A stretch of DNA of 64,000 nt from Eledone cirrhosa. Taxonomy: Eukaryota. Numbering within the stretch: the stretch's first letter is position 1; each line of letters opens with the position of its first letter. The notes under the pieces are model-generated. The model saw nothing but the letters and a program-made list of their open reading frames with translations. It ran no database searches and had not been told where the DNA came from. The translations under genes and the position numbers were made by a program. The stretch spans positions 52,452,001-52,516,000 of the forward strand of contig OZ024748.1 in NCBI GenBank assembly GCA_964016885.1, in the 5' to 3' direction. This document shows positions 11,490 through 25,520 of the stretch, piece after piece.

Positions 11490-11588
11490 GTAAAAGAAAA
11501 TGAAATAGAAAAATAACATTTATTTCCTTATTTCAGTTGTATTCAATTTTGCAAGTCACTTCTATCACAATAACTTTTTATTATTATT

Positions 11589-11960
11589 AGGATGGTTGAT
11601 TGGCAGTATTGGTAGAGGGTCGGACGCCATGCTTCGTAGCATAGAGTTACGCCCCTTTACGGTCTGAGTTCAAATCTCGCCAAGGTTAACTTCACCTTTC
11701 ATCATTATGAGGTCGATAAAATAAAGGACCAGTATTGCACTGGGATAATTGCTGGCCTTGTGCCGAAAGCAGAAACAATTATTATTATTATTATTATTAT
11801 CTTAAGGCTGGTGGGTTGGCACAATCAGTAGAGCGACGGTGGTCAGTTGGCACAATCGGTAGAGCATCAGACAACATGCTTTGTGGCATATAGTTATGGC
11901 CCTTTACATTCTGGGTTCAAATCCTGTGAAGGTTAGCTTTGACTTTCATCCTTACGGTTG
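11589..11960 (+). mobile_element. S2 SINE copies (one full, one partial)
   Basis: Same head and Meta-like body as 9144. Confidence 0.8.
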
Positions 11961-12489
11961 ATTCTTCCTCTATATCTCTTTCTCATTTCCTCTCTCTCAC
12001 TTCCCATCCTTCTCTGGAAGAAATCTGCTATACTCAGGTCTGGAGAGGGATGGGCTCCGCTAGGTTTTAAAATGCCCTAAAAATGCTGTATGTCAATACA
12101 GCGCCCCAATGATTCCACCAGGTGTTACAAGACTATACCATAACGAAGATAAACAAGAATTACATTAGTTTTTTTCAATTACCCATAACTTGTAAATGTA
12201 GCAAAACTAAACAACATTATGAAAACAGCTTTTGTTCTCAATCTAACTAATGAAAATATGTAAACAATCTATCTTTAGAATCATTGAGCAATAGGAAGTT
12301 TTATGAATTTGAAAGTTAGAAGTATCAACGTTGTTTGACCATAAAAAATAGGGACTATGTTGAAAAATAAATCTCATTTGTTCACTCAATGAGAGTATCT
12401 TGGTCAGCCTATAGACTTTTCAGCTGACCCTTGTATATTAATAAAATAATTATTTCTAACATAGGTTAAATAGGAGGGGAACTGTAGGT

Positions 12490-13262
12490 AATATTGACTC
12501 CAGTACTTCACTAGTATTTATTACCATCACATATAGAAGCTGATGTACGCCTTGTGGAGTGAGGTCGAAACAGTATATGTTGTATGAAATGATGCAGTCA
12601 GTCACTAGGTTGACCGCTGGGATGAGCGGGTACTGTCGTGTAGAGGGAGACAACGTCGAGGCTAAAGGCATATATGTTGAGTTTAAGTTGGCTAGGTTGT
12701 AGTTGATGTAGTCTTTGTATGACTTTGTTGGAGCTGCTGACATGTCCAGGAAAAGTAGCAAGCATGGGCTTGAGGATTTGGGAGAAAAACCAAGAGATTT
12801 TATAGAGGAATCCTTCTATACTCGAGACAATTGGTCTAATCTGTAGATTAACACTGGTTTTGTGGAATTTAATGAGATGGTAGAACTTTGGTAGTCTGCT
12901 GTTTCTGGTGGTGAGGTTGTTTTTATATTTATTGGGGGAGTTGTCTTTATCTGCAGATATCTGTACAAGTGGTATTGATGTGATCTACAATCTGAGATGC
13001 AGCAATGTCACTGCTGTATATAGTTCACCGCTGTTAAAGGCGCTCATATGCCAAGCTGTTGTATGTGTCCCTCGAGATGACGCAATATTCTTTCCCTTTG
13101 TCGGAAGAGAGGTGTATGAGGTCTTTCTCTTGCATGTTGTTTAGAATGAGGTGTTGTTTCCTGGAGAGGTTAGGGAGTACCTTCTTATGTTTCAGTAATA
13201 TGCTAAAAATAGACTGCTTAAGTCTGGAGAGTTTGCGGTCAAGGTCTCGGTTGATAGGCAGT
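12490..13262 (-). mobile_element. Penelope-like element reverse transcriptase fossil
   Basis: ORF 13034-13339 contains PNLSRKQHLILNNMQEKDLIHLSSDKGKEYCVISRDTY (PLE DKG motif). A frameshifted RT-like segment follows at 12456-12761. Confidence 0.75.
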
Positions 13263-13350
13263 GGTATATATATATATATATATATATATAGACCTATATA
13301 CACACATACACACATACACACACACACACACACACACATACATATATATT

Positions 13351-13832
13351 TATTTATGATATTAAATAAATGGAAACTATATTTATAAAACCATATTTAT
13401 TTCGTTATATATATTTCAGGGATATCATATTAACAATATGTTATGCCATCTTCAGACAAAATACAATATAAACAGTCTTATAAATAAATAGATACGACAT
13501 ACCTTTCAATCACCTTGCATTTGTGAGGTTGATTTGGCAGTAAAAAATATTGTTTACTGCCAAATCAACCTCACAAATGCAAGGTGATTGAAAGGTATGT
13601 CGTATCTATTTATTTATAAGACTGTTTATATTGTATTTTGTCTGAAGATGGCATAACATATTGTTAATATGATATCCCTGAAATATATATAACGAAATAA
13701 ATATGGTTTTATAAATATAGTTTCCATTTATTTAATATCATAAATATACTCCAAATACTTGTTGAGTGCTTTTATATCAGTTATAAATATTTACTCGTTG
13801 TTAACCCAACAATTTAAATATAACTTTCCATG
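13351..13832. mobile_element. Penelope-type pLTR fold-back (family A): 194-bp arms plus ~85-nt tail
   Basis: 13351-13544 is the reverse complement of 13553-13746. Tail 13747-13832 carries ttgagtgct, the flanks are TA/CA repeats, and the family recurs at 43633. Confidence 0.9.
13634..13699 (+). ncRNA. Type I hammerhead ribozyme (mirror copy on the minus strand at ~13398-13463)
   Basis: tattttgt CTGAAGA t ggcataacatatt gtt aatatgatatccc t GAAA tatata TA acgaaata. Stem III is palindromic, as in dimer-type hammerheads. Confidence 0.75.
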
Positions 13833-14239
13833 TATATATTTATATATATATATAGGCATGTGTATATATTTGTGAGTGCGTATATGTAGATATTTGTAAT
13901 TATGAATTCATGTATAATATATATAGTATATATATGCATATTCATGACTCACTAGACATAGCATAGCTGATAGTTTGTTACCTAGGAGATTTAAATAATG
14001 CTGAAAGTAGATGGAGCTTAATGGTGACAGTAGCTAAAGTAAGGGAGGGAGGGGTGGAAGAGGTTTATGGGGTTATTGTCCTTGTTGGCATCAAAGAATC
14101 TCTCTATATGTAAATAGCAAACTGTAATATGACACATCCAATGGAATATTCTCACCTTATCCAGTCGTAGAAAGCTTGCCAAACAAAGGGTTGAAAGGAC
14201 CCTTTAGTTGTGTCAAGGATATGACAGCCTCTCTAGTGC

Positions 14240-14790
14240 TGGTGATCTACATAATAAAAGCCCCAAGTACATGCTGGAAAGTGGTTGGTGTTTGGCAAGG
14301 CATCCAACTGTAGAAAGCTTGCCAAACAAGGATTTAGGTGAACCCTTCAGTTTATGACACAACTTCTTTGCATGCAATATAACTATACATAAGCAGGGTG
14401 CAGACCTCTGAGACTGTCTGAGAACTCAGTAGCTCCATTTCAGTACTGACTTGGTCTATGTAAACCAATTCAAATCTTGCTAGCATGGAAAGCAGATGTT
14501 AAATGATGTTGATGATGATATGTGAGTTTGTATTTGATGTATGGTCTTATATGGTACTGAAATATGGGCACTGAATGTGAAGGATCTGTGGAAGATGGGA
14601 AGAAATTAGGTGAGACTATTCTATTGGATGTGTCATATTATCCTGCATGAGGGACAAAATATGAGTGGACTGAGAGAGCAAGCTGGGTATTATTAGAACT
14701 GCACTAGTTTGGACATTGGAAGCAAAGAGACAAGGCATGAGTGAACATATGTTATGTGCAGGAATACTAGTGGAAGAAGTAAACAAAAGA
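14240..14790 (+). mobile_element. Old RTE-tail/SINE fragment followed by a degraded RTE ORF2 fragment
   Basis: ggttggtgtttggcaagggcatccaactgtagaaa...gctagcatggaaagcagatgttaaatgatg, then YGTEIWALNVKDL (HGSETW-like). Confidence 0.6.
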
Positions 14791-14940
14791 ATTGGTAGCA
14801 TCACATATTAAGACACTGGATCCCCAATGACTTAGCTGTTCTGTGATATGCTGTATGGGAAAATACCTTGAAATAATTATGATGGTGAGGATGAATGCTG
14901 CATGGGAATATCTGAATGAACAGTTCAACTCATACTTTAA

Positions 14941-15148
14941 CCCTTTAACATTTAAACCAGCCATATCTGGCTAGAATTCTCTCACCCCTTTCTGTTCAAA
15001 CCAGCCATAACTAGCCACTCATACTTATGTTATGGAATTGTTCTCAAAATAAATAATATCAAAATCTCATAGATTCAATATTATATAAAATAAAGCCTTT
15101 ACCATGAAAATACAATAGTATATATAGAGTAATGTAAATGGTAAAAGG
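14941..15148. mobile_element. piggyBac-type MITE (TTAA target duplication)
   Basis: ttaa|ccctttaacattta ... taaatggtaaaagg|ttaa. Homologous copies at 29734-29935 and 46063-46266 (opposite orientation). Confidence 0.85.
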
Positions 15149-15186
15149 TTAAGTTGTTTTTCTCAACTACTAAGACTTTTGACATA

Positions 15187-15382
15187 CAAGGTAGACTGAA
15201 AAGTTTATAGGCTGACTATGAAGTAGCGATGCTAGTGATGTGTGAAATCTTGCATTTATTCTTTTCAGCATTTCTTATCAATAACTGCATTGTTTCTTTC
15301 CAGGGACTATGTTGAAAAAGAAACCTCATTTGAGCATTTCCAAGAGAATATCTTGGTCAGCCTATGAACTTTTCAGTCAAAC

Positions 15383-15386
<4 letters not shown>
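15187..15386. mobile_element. Mariner-type MITE (~200 bp, TA flanks)
   Basis: TIRs gactgaaaagtttataggctgac / gtcagcctatgaacttttcagtc. Further copies at 22847-23041 and, right half only, at ~12350-12433. Confidence 0.8.
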
Positions 15387-15447
<61 letters not shown>

Positions 15448-15455
<8 letters not shown>

Positions 15456-15642
15456 ATACTTTGGGAGGGTCATGTTGCTAATAAGAAACACACGCACCAG
15501 TTGCTTTCACTTCAATTTATTATAAATTAACGCAACTGGTGCGTGTGTTTCTTATTGGCAACATGACCCTCCCAAAGTATAACAATATCGGTTTCAACAC
15601 ACGTTTTCAGATAAAGAATCTTGCTAAACAAATTCAGAAACG
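15448..15642. mobile_element. Penelope-type fold-back (family C): ~57-bp arms plus ~54-nt tail in (TA)n
   Basis: 15448-15504 versus 15532-15588 with 1 mismatch. The spacer carries AATAAA on the minus strand, and the tail runs to 15642. Confidence 0.8.
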
Positions 15643-15655
15643 ATATATATATATA

Positions 15656-15995
15656 AAGGTAAACAACCCCTTCGGTCACAAATAATCATGGGATTTGAAC
15701 CTAGAAAGTTCTCCCCCAAGACACAGGTCCGGCCAAGGCTATTTGTGTAAGACCAGCAGTTGCCCATGTATACCAATCTCCCCTCTCCATACCACCAATG
15801 TTGACCAAGAGAAATGCTATGGCCGATACAGCTTGGCACCAGTGACGTCGCAACTCATTTCTACAGCTGAGTAAACTGGAGCAACGTGAGATAAAGTGTC
15901 TTGCTCAAGAACACAACGTAAAGCCCAGTCTGAGAATCAAACTCACAACCTCATGATTGTTATCCTGATGCTCTAACCACTAAGCCATGCTACAT
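15656..15995 (-). mobile_element. CORE-type tRNA SINE with an alternative 3' tail (homologue at 57598-57941, +)
   Basis: Same head and CORE as S1, but a different tail (cactggtgcc..ggcaactgctggtctt..tttgtgaccgaagggg..tttacc). Confidence 0.8.
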
Positions 15996-17518
15996 GCATT
16001 CTCAACAACTATTTTGTATATGCAGCAGAAGTAATAAGTTTTGAAATGAAATATTCCTTGTGATGAGTAAACATCACTAAAAAAATAGTTGCCACTGTCC
16101 ACATTATGTGACTGCATTAAACGGTACTAAAAGGTCCACACGTTTCAACTAAATGGAACCACAAAAACATTGCCAATGTTTGAAATTTACCATTGATGTT
16201 GCCTTTCAATTATTTTATTTTTAAATTGTATCTTTAGTTTTAGTTTTTTTAGTTTTAACATGCTGTGTCCAAATGGGAAATTTTACTTAGTGTTTCTGCA
16301 GGTCAGTGTGTGTGTGAGTGAACATATGTGTGTGTATGTGTGTGTGTGTGAGTGAACATGTGTGTGTGTGTGTGAGAGAGTGAACATATGTGTGTGTGTG
16401 TGTGAGAGAGTGAACATATGTGTTTGTGTATGAGTGAACATGTGTGTGAGTGAACATGTGTGTGACTGCACATGTTCCATAGTGTTGGTAATTATATTTA
16501 CTTACACACAGAGACATAATACATATATATATATAAATATATATATCGAAGAGAGAGAGAGGGAGAGGGAGAGAGTGATAAACAGAGATATAGTGGCAAG
16601 TACAAGGAGAAGAGAGAAAGACAGAGAATGCTATCAGTGATTTGGTAAACCATGGTTACTAAACATTATAATCATTAATGATCCTCTGGTTTCATAAAAT
16701 AAATGGCATGAATTTTAATGACATTATATTATACTAGTCTATAAATACTGCTGAAAATGTAGAACAGAAATACTGTGGAATTGTCACACACAGATACACT
16801 ACACTAACACAAACATGTAGCAGAAGATATAAAAAATATTTTGAAATATTAAAAAAAAAAAAGAAACACTCAAAATATTCAACAGTAATAACTAAAAATA
16901 AAAATAAAATTTAAAAAAATAGCTATTGTTATATTAACTGTTGTTTGATACAAGTTTTCTTTCAACCCTTTGCCACTTTCATATTTTGCAGTCTTTGAGT
17001 ATTTTGATTGCGTCCATATTGGACAGCAATATTTGGTTTGTTTCAAAATTAGAATTCAAACCTGCAAGACCTAATTTTAAAAGCATTCTATTTTCTTTGG
17101 TTTTATTTAAATCTGTCTGCAAAAATTCTTCCTATTCCTATTTTTCATTATTTTTAAAATAAAAAAAAACCACATATTTAATCAAAAGAAGAAAGGAAAA
17201 AGATAACAAAAACAGCCAAAAACAAAAGCAAATACTGAGAGGAAAGTATTAAAAAGATGAAATAAATTAGTTGATTAAGTCATTCCTTTTTATCCTAAAG
17301 TTTTACACTGTCTAGCTTTCCATTGTCTGTTTATTTTTTCACTCAGAGGTTTTATATAGATTTCAGATTTCATATATTTCTTTAATTAGATTTTATATAT
17401 TTCTTTAATTCGTATAATATGTATAATTATATTTTATGAATGCAGTTTTACAAGAAAAGATGAAGTAAAGGAGAGGGCAAAGGGTAGAGAACATGAGATA
17501 CCAATATGTATATATGGA

Positions 17519-17552
<34 letters not shown>

Positions 17553-17658
17553 ATAAGACAAACATACATAGGCGTATATAAAAATATAGATAGATAATAC
17601 ATACACATGTACATATATATGTATGTGTGAGAATAATACAGGCATACATATATACATA

Positions 17659-17713
<55 letters not shown>

Positions 17714-18098
17714 GGACATATGTATACATATGTGTGTGTATATATACATATGTGTGTGTATATATATATATATATACAGAGAGGGACATATGTATACATA
17801 TGTATACATATGCATCCATACATATATAAAATATAACTGGGGCAATTGTAAAAAAAAAACAAAAAGTAAAATTAAGATCCCCATACAGGACTTTATGGGG
17901 TTCTTTACAAACACACACACATATATATACACACACACACCCACATACACACACACATACATATATTTACATATACACACACACACACATACATATATAT
18001 ATATACATATATACACACAAACACATGTATATTTCTTTTACCATGTCATTATTCAGAAAATTTACCATTCTATTTGGGGGACAGAATTAAACTTGTAC

Positions 18099-18635
18099 CC
18101 CACCACCACCTCACCACTACCACCACCAATACCACCACCAATACCAGCACCACTACCACCACTACCACCACCACCACCAATACCACCACCACCACCACCA
18201 CCACCACCACCACCAATACCACCACCAACACTACCACCACCAATACCACCACCACTACCTCACCACTACCACCACCAATACCACCACCAATACCACCACC
18301 ACTACCAGCACCACTACCACCACCACCACCACCACCACCACCAATACCACCACCAACACTACCACCACCAATACCACCACCACTACCTCACCACTACCAC
18401 CACCAATACCACCACCAATACCACCACCACTACCAGCACCACTACCACCACCACCACTACCACCACTACCAGCTCCACTACTACCACCACCACCACCAAT
18501 ACCACCACCATCAGCACCACACCACCACCACCACCACCACCACCACCACCACCACCAATACCAACACCACCACACCACACCACCACACCACCACCACTAT
18601 AAACACCACCACCAACACCACCACCACCACCGCCA
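18099..18635. repeat. (CCA)n-rich microsatellite
   Basis: Direct inspection. Confidence 0.95.
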
Positions 18636-19143
18636 TGACCACAGTCATCAACATTTTGTAGTGCAGATTAAAAAATAATAATGATAAACATTTGTAAGGT
18701 TTCGAACAATAAGAGCAAGTAAATAAATGAATGGAAAGTTCCGGGTGGCAGAAGCAGCACTGATGACAACACAGTGACAACTACAACAACTACAACAACA
18801 ACAACAACAACAACAAACCAGAGCAAAGAATGAGAGGGAGGAGAGATGAAAGAGGGGGTGGCGGCGGTAAGGAAAAAAATAAACACAGAAAAACAAAACA
18901 GCCATTACAACAACTGTCACCATGACATCCACAACTAAAACAACTACAGAATTAAGGACAACAACAACAACAACAACAATTATATACTAGAGCTGCAAAA
19001 AATAACAGCAACTCCAACAAAAACGACAACAAATATGGCTTCCCAGCTCTGATGTCACTATGAAACTATACAGATTGGCAGATATAATATATATGTTTTT
19101 TATCTATACATTTTAATTTTTTTAGAGGTTTTCTTTTTATTTA

Positions 19144-19145
<2 letters not shown>

Positions 19146-19231
<86 letters not shown>

Positions 19232-19285
19232 CATATATATATATATATATACATATGTATGTATGTATATATATATACACATATG

Positions 19286-19372
<87 letters not shown>

Positions 19373-19386
19373 ATGTATATATATAC

Positions 19387-19421
<35 letters not shown>

Positions 19422-19462
19422 TATATATACATATGTATGTATGTATATATATATATACACAC

Positions 19463-19504
<42 letters not shown>

Positions 19505-19877
19505 ATATGTACATATGTGTGTATATGTACATGTGTGTATATGTACATATATATATATATGTGTGTATATATACATATATGTATGTATATATATATATAT
19601 ATATATATGTATATGTATGTATATATATGTATGGTTGTATATATATATGTATGTTTGTATATATGTATTTGTATATTTTTTTGTCTTCTTTTACTTCCAA
19701 TTATTTCACTGTGCTAATGTTTGAGACATCAAAGGGTTGCTTTTTAAAAATCTCGTTCGTCTCTGTGCTTCATTGCAGTGAAGTTCAATCATTCATATCT
19801 ATCTTGCTATGCTTAATTGAATGCAGCTAAAATATTGCATTATCATCATCATATATACATATATATATATATACACA

Positions 19878-19948
<71 letters not shown>

Positions 19949-20242
19949 GCATACATTCATACATACACATATACATATATACATATATATATACATATAT
20001 ATACCGTACATACATATATATATATTACATGCATACATACATACATACACACATATATATATATACATACGTACACACACATAAATATACGTACAGACAC
20101 ACATATATATATATATACACAGACATATATATATACACACATACACACACATATATATATATATATATAAGTATATATATATACACACATACACACATAT
20201 ATATATATATATTTATATATAAGTATATATCTATATATATAA

Positions 20243-20296
<54 letters not shown>

Positions 20297-20596
20297 GTAT
20301 CATAAACTACATCCACATCTCCATAGCAGTAAAGTTTTAAGCAGGGCTGCTCGTTCTTTTGTTGTTTGTTTGATGTTATCATTATTATTTTGTCTATTTT
20401 GCTAACAGCTTTGTGTGTGTCTGTGTCTCTGTGTATGTATGTGTGTCTGTGTACAAACACACACACAGTGTCATTGTATATACATATATACACACATATG
20501 TATATATATATAAGCATATGATCACCACCCCCACATATATATATACATATATATATATACATATATATATACATGCATACATATATATATACATGC

Positions 20597-20631
<35 letters not shown>

Positions 20632-20726
20632 CACAGGTATATATATATAAGTATATATATATATATATATATATACAGGTATATATATAAGCATATATCA
20701 ATATTTGTATATCTATATATATAAAA

Positions 20727-20760
<34 letters not shown>
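19146..20760. repeat. (TA)n/(TG)n/(CA)n microsatellite field
   Basis: Direct inspection. Confidence 0.95.
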
Positions 20761-20763
<3 letters not shown>

Positions 20764-22099
20764 TGCCTTTTTTTTTTTTTTACTATCATTCACTTGCAGA
20801 TATATACGAGCTTCTAATCCTTATTGGTCTTAAGATGTGTAACACTTTGTCTGCGGGCATGTAAATGTATGTGGGATGGTGTATGAAATCCTTATATGTA
20901 TGTATTATGCTTTTACATATTGGGGCAGGGGGGGGGGCAGTGCCAAAGTAGAGGGTTGGGGCTGAATATGAGCTGGGGTGTAGGAGGGACATAGTGTGGG
21001 ATGGGATGGGATAGCATGGGGTGGGAGAGTAGAATTTGCTTGAGGCCCTAAAAACTTGAATGCATTGTTTTAATTTATAAGATTAATCCTATACATAATG
21101 TAGGTTAGATATAGAACTGTAAGACCTCAGCCATTTTCGTTGGCATTATGTTGTCAGTTAAGTAAAATAAGTATAGAAAATAAAATAGAAATAATAATAA
21201 AAATAATAAAAATAAAAATACAAAAAATCGGAAAAGAGAGACAGAAAAAAAATCCCCAAAAAAAATTTCAGCCATCATTATTGAGTAGATGTAGTTTGAG
21301 GATGTGATGGATATAGTGGTAGGTAGATTATGATTCCAAAATCATGTTGTCAGCAATTCTTATGATGTACATGGATAAGGCAAATTATTACTCTCAGACT
21401 ACCTAATGTGGAAGATAAATACTTGTCACACTTTACAATAGAGTGGTTAGATTTAGGAATGAAATCATGTCACAGAATAACTGCTTTAAATCACATGGAA
21501 TAACTGCTCTAAATTTTTCACATTTATGCCAGCATGGAAACATAAATATAAAATGGGGAGGAAAGTAAACTGTTTTAGTTTTTATTATCCATACATCAAA
21601 GACTACTTATGAGTATATAAGTTTATGTGTGTCTGAAAATGCATGTGTGGTTATAGTCAAGACTCTGTTAATATTAGTATCATTATCATTATTGTGAATA
21701 AGAGTAGGGGGGGGGGGGGGGTAGTTAGCAGAAAAAAGTAAAGCACCAGATCAGACTAAACACTTTCTGCAGTTTATTTTCATCCAAATTGTGAATTCCA
21801 ATCACGGTTTCATTTCTTATTCAATTTAGTTGATAAAACAATATGGATGAGTGAAAGTGCTCGAGTGGAACATTCTGCATGCTAAATACAAATGGAGTAG
21901 GGTGTCACAAATATTATATATATCATAGGCCTTAGGCACGAGGGTAAAAAGCACCCAGTAGTCACTGTGAGATTGGTATTAGGAAGGGCATCCAGCTGTA
22001 GAAATCAAACCAAAATGAGTTTGGTATGAGCAAGACATGGTCACCTGACCTGACATTGCCCACAATAGGACAACCCGTCTAACCCATGCTAGCATGAAA

Positions 22100-22491
22100 C
22101 ATCATCATCATCATCATCATTTTACGTCCGCTTTTCCCTGCCTGCAAGGGTGGGACGGGAACTGATTCTGGTTTGATTTCTACAGCTGGATGCTCTTCCT
22201 AACACCAACCTCGTCTACAGTGAGTGCTGGGTGCTTTTTTGCCGTGGCACCTCCACGACCAATTTACAGTGTGGGGTGGGTGCTTTTTTGCCATGGCACC
22301 TCCACGACCACTTTGCAGTGGAATGATAGGGACCCCAGTCCCTATCATCTCATTTCTACAGCTGAGTAAACTGGAGCAATGTGAAATAAAGTGTCTTGCT
22401 CAAGGAAACAACACATCACCCGGTCTGAGAACTGAACTCACAACCTTTCGATTGCAAGGCCAATGCTCTAACCACTAAGCCATGTGCCTCC
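22100..22491 (-). mobile_element. S1 CORE SINE, full length
   Basis: Reverse complement of the 8630 element, with a duplicated internal module. Confidence 0.9.
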
Positions 22492-22529
22492 ATAATGGAT
22501 GTAAAACGGTGATGATGACCATGATGATT

Positions 22530-22809
22530 TAATTCAAATTTTAGATAAAGGAGATTGAAACCCTACCTCCAGTCTATACATATATAAAGCATGCATAGAT
22601 ACACCACAATTACCGACACGGCCACCTACAGGCCAACATATTCTGACCCACTTCACTAATGGAGAGACATATAGGGACACCAGCATATCACAATGATTGT
22701 ATAACTGCACTTATGATTGCGTAAGAACCTGATGAAGTCACATGCGTAACCATGTAACAGAAATATATATCATACAATAAACAATTATGATGAATTAACT
22801 ACCATTGTT

Positions 22810-22811
<2 letters not shown>
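22530..22811 (+). mobile_element. Penelope-like element 3' end: endonuclease C-terminus plus degenerate hammerhead (22729-22771)
   Basis: LDKG..TLPPVY, typical of the C-terminus of PLE GIY-YIG domains, then CTGATGA a gtcacatg cgtaac catgtaac a GAAA tatata TC, AATAAA and (TA)n. Stem I is poor. Confidence 0.65.
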
Positions 22812-22847
<36 letters not shown>

Positions 22848-23189
22848 GGGGTTCAGCTGAAATGTTCATAGGCTAAATATGAAGGAGTGTTCTTAGAGTT
22901 GTGAAATCTTGCATGCATTAATGTCAACTCTTATTAATAACTGCATTGTTTCTTTCCAGGGACAATGTTGAAAAATAAACAACATTTGGTTATTCCATGA
23001 GAGTATCATGGTCATCCCATGAACCTTTCAGCTGATGCTTGTATTTAAGTTGTAAAGCCTTCATCAACTTGGATTATTCAAGCAAATCACAGACAAAATC
23101 TCTCTTTAAGGCTGCTTAATGTCTAAAAACAACAAGATATTTCAAATATGATCACTTTTGGGCAATATAAATAATGCAAAGTGGAATAG

Positions 23190-23450
23190 ATATACTCTGC
23201 TCACCAAGACAAAGATTGACCAGCATATATTATAGAATTAGATGGTATATGATGACAACTGGAATAGCTCTGGTCTTTAAAGCAAACTGGTGAAATCAAA
23301 AAAACTTGTTTCAATCTTCTTAGACCTCTTCAGCCAAGCATTATCTACTTATCACGACAAGTTTTGATAAGTATATGGAATGCAGTGACACTGATTAGGA
23401 ATATCAACAATGAAGGTTGGAGTAGAGTATCTCAAGGGAGTCTTGTGTAT
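23190..23450 (+). mobile_element. CR1/L2-clade RT fossil
   Basis: IFLDLFSQALSTYHD (FLDLSKAFD-like) and a VSQGS (GVPQGS-like) remnant. Confidence 0.45.
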
Positions 23451-23696
23451 ACTAAATATAAATAATGTAAGCTTTCATTATATTTAGTATAATGACTTGA
23501 AAAAGCTTTCATCAACTGATTATCGGTGCAATCAATAGAAAGTAAATCCCTATAGAGGTGTTAAAATCCCAAAGTAACTAGCCAGGAGAGACGAGACCAA
23601 TAAAAGTCATTTAGCAATATCTATTTGATTGATAATAACCCCCACCCAATTATGTTTTTGTTCCACTTTAAGAGATAGTTATAATCATATCATCAG

Positions 23697-24208
23697 AGTG
23701 GCAGTATCAGTAGAACATTCGACATGCTTTGCAACATAGAGTTATGGCCCTTTACATTCTCAGCTCAAATTCTGCTGAGGTTAACTTTGGCTTTCTTCCT
23801 TACGGGGTCGATAAAATAAAGTACCAGTAATACACTGTGTATTTGCTGGCCTTGTGCCAAAAGTAGAAACAACTATCATTATTATTGTTGTTGTTCCACG
23901 TGACCGCTTCAGTGCAGTACAAAATGCACCTCAAAGTTGTTCTGCCGTGCAGCAATACTGTTTTGTTTTTCAAAGTATTTGCAATACATTTAATTTCCAC
24001 TATTTTAGAATACCAGTAAAGGCGGTGGATTGGCAGTATCGGTAGAGAGTCGGACGCCATGCTTTGCAGCATAGTTACGTCCCTTTACGGTCTGAGTTCA
24101 AATCCCGTCGAAGTTAACTTTGCCTTTCATCCTTACGGGGTCGATAAAATAAAGTACCGGTAATGTACTGAGTAATTGCTGGCCTTGTGCCAAACGTAGA
24201 AACAACTA
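23697..24208 (+). mobile_element. Two S2 SINE copies (23697-23875, 24019-24208)
   Basis: Meta-like body gcctttcatccttacggggtcgataaaataaagtacc. Confidence 0.85.
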
Positions 24209-25024
24209 TTTTAGAATATCACGATTTTTTTCAACAAACTGATGTGTATGTGTATATGTGTGTGTATGTGTATATGTTTGTGTGTATGTGTGTGTGTGTG
24301 TGTATGTGCATACATTTATATGTATTAGTATATAAATATAAACGTACGAACACAGGCACACAAAAATACATATTCGCAGACATACATTCACACAAACACA
24401 CAATCACACAAACACATACATACATATATTAACACAAACACACACATACATTCACACAAACACACACATTCACACACACACACACACACATACATCCGCA
24501 CAAACACACACACTCACACAGACACACAAACACATACACTCACACAAACATAACATGCACACACATACATTTACACAAACACACACAGAGCACAGCAAAT
24601 GGAACGCCAGCCACTGTTTCACTATAGTTTTTTCACCATCCCCTTCTTTCCTTTTACACACACACATATATTCACACAAACACACAGACATTATGTAACA
24701 GACAGACGGAAGTTGCTCAAATTTATATATAGTTAAACCTTATGCCATTTTTAACCTTACACTTGTATGATTCCTGATATTTTTATATTTTTCCATATCC
24801 TAATAGTTTCACAATTTTCCCCTTTCATGACAGGTAATATTTCCAGAGACAGTGTCAATCAAATCCAAGCTAGACTAGATTAGTGAATTCAAAGTTTGAA
24901 TCCAGACAAGATTAATCACTCTTACTTACTTCTCTAAACTAAAATAGACATTACATTGATGTCAAGAATGCTGAATATATTGCAAAAACAGTCACAAAAC
25001 TGAATCTTGACAAACATATTCGGT

Positions 25025-25228
25025 TTCTCTCTCTCTCTCTCTCTCTAGCTCTCTCTCTTCATCTACCTATCTATCTGTTTATCTGGTTATATCTCTCTCT
25101 ATCTTGCTTTATCTACCTATCTATCAGTTTTCTATCTATCTTTCTCTCGTCTCTATCTACCTATCTATTTGTTTATCTCTCTCTGTCTCTCTCTCTCTTT
25201 ATCCACCTACCTATTTGTTTATCCTCCC

Positions 25229-25266
<38 letters not shown>

Positions 25267-25284
25267 ACTTATCTATCTGTCTGC

Positions 25285-25335
<51 letters not shown>

Positions 25336-25405
25336 TCTCTCTATCCACCTACCTATTTGTTTATCCCTCCTCTCTCTCTTTCTCTCTACCTATCTATCTG
25401 TCTGC

Positions 25406-25488
<83 letters not shown>

Positions 25489-25520
25489 CTAACTATCTGT
25501 TTATTTATCTATCTATATAT
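25025..25520. repeat. (CT)n/(CTAT)n microsatellite
   Basis: Direct inspection. Confidence 0.95.

Noticed and set aside
13351-13746. Palindromes as assembly or amplification fold-back artefacts
   Set aside because: Unlikely as a general explanation: several have arm mismatches, all share a one-sided tail, most sit in TA repeats, and family A recurs with the same outer breakpoint. Individual cases still need read support.
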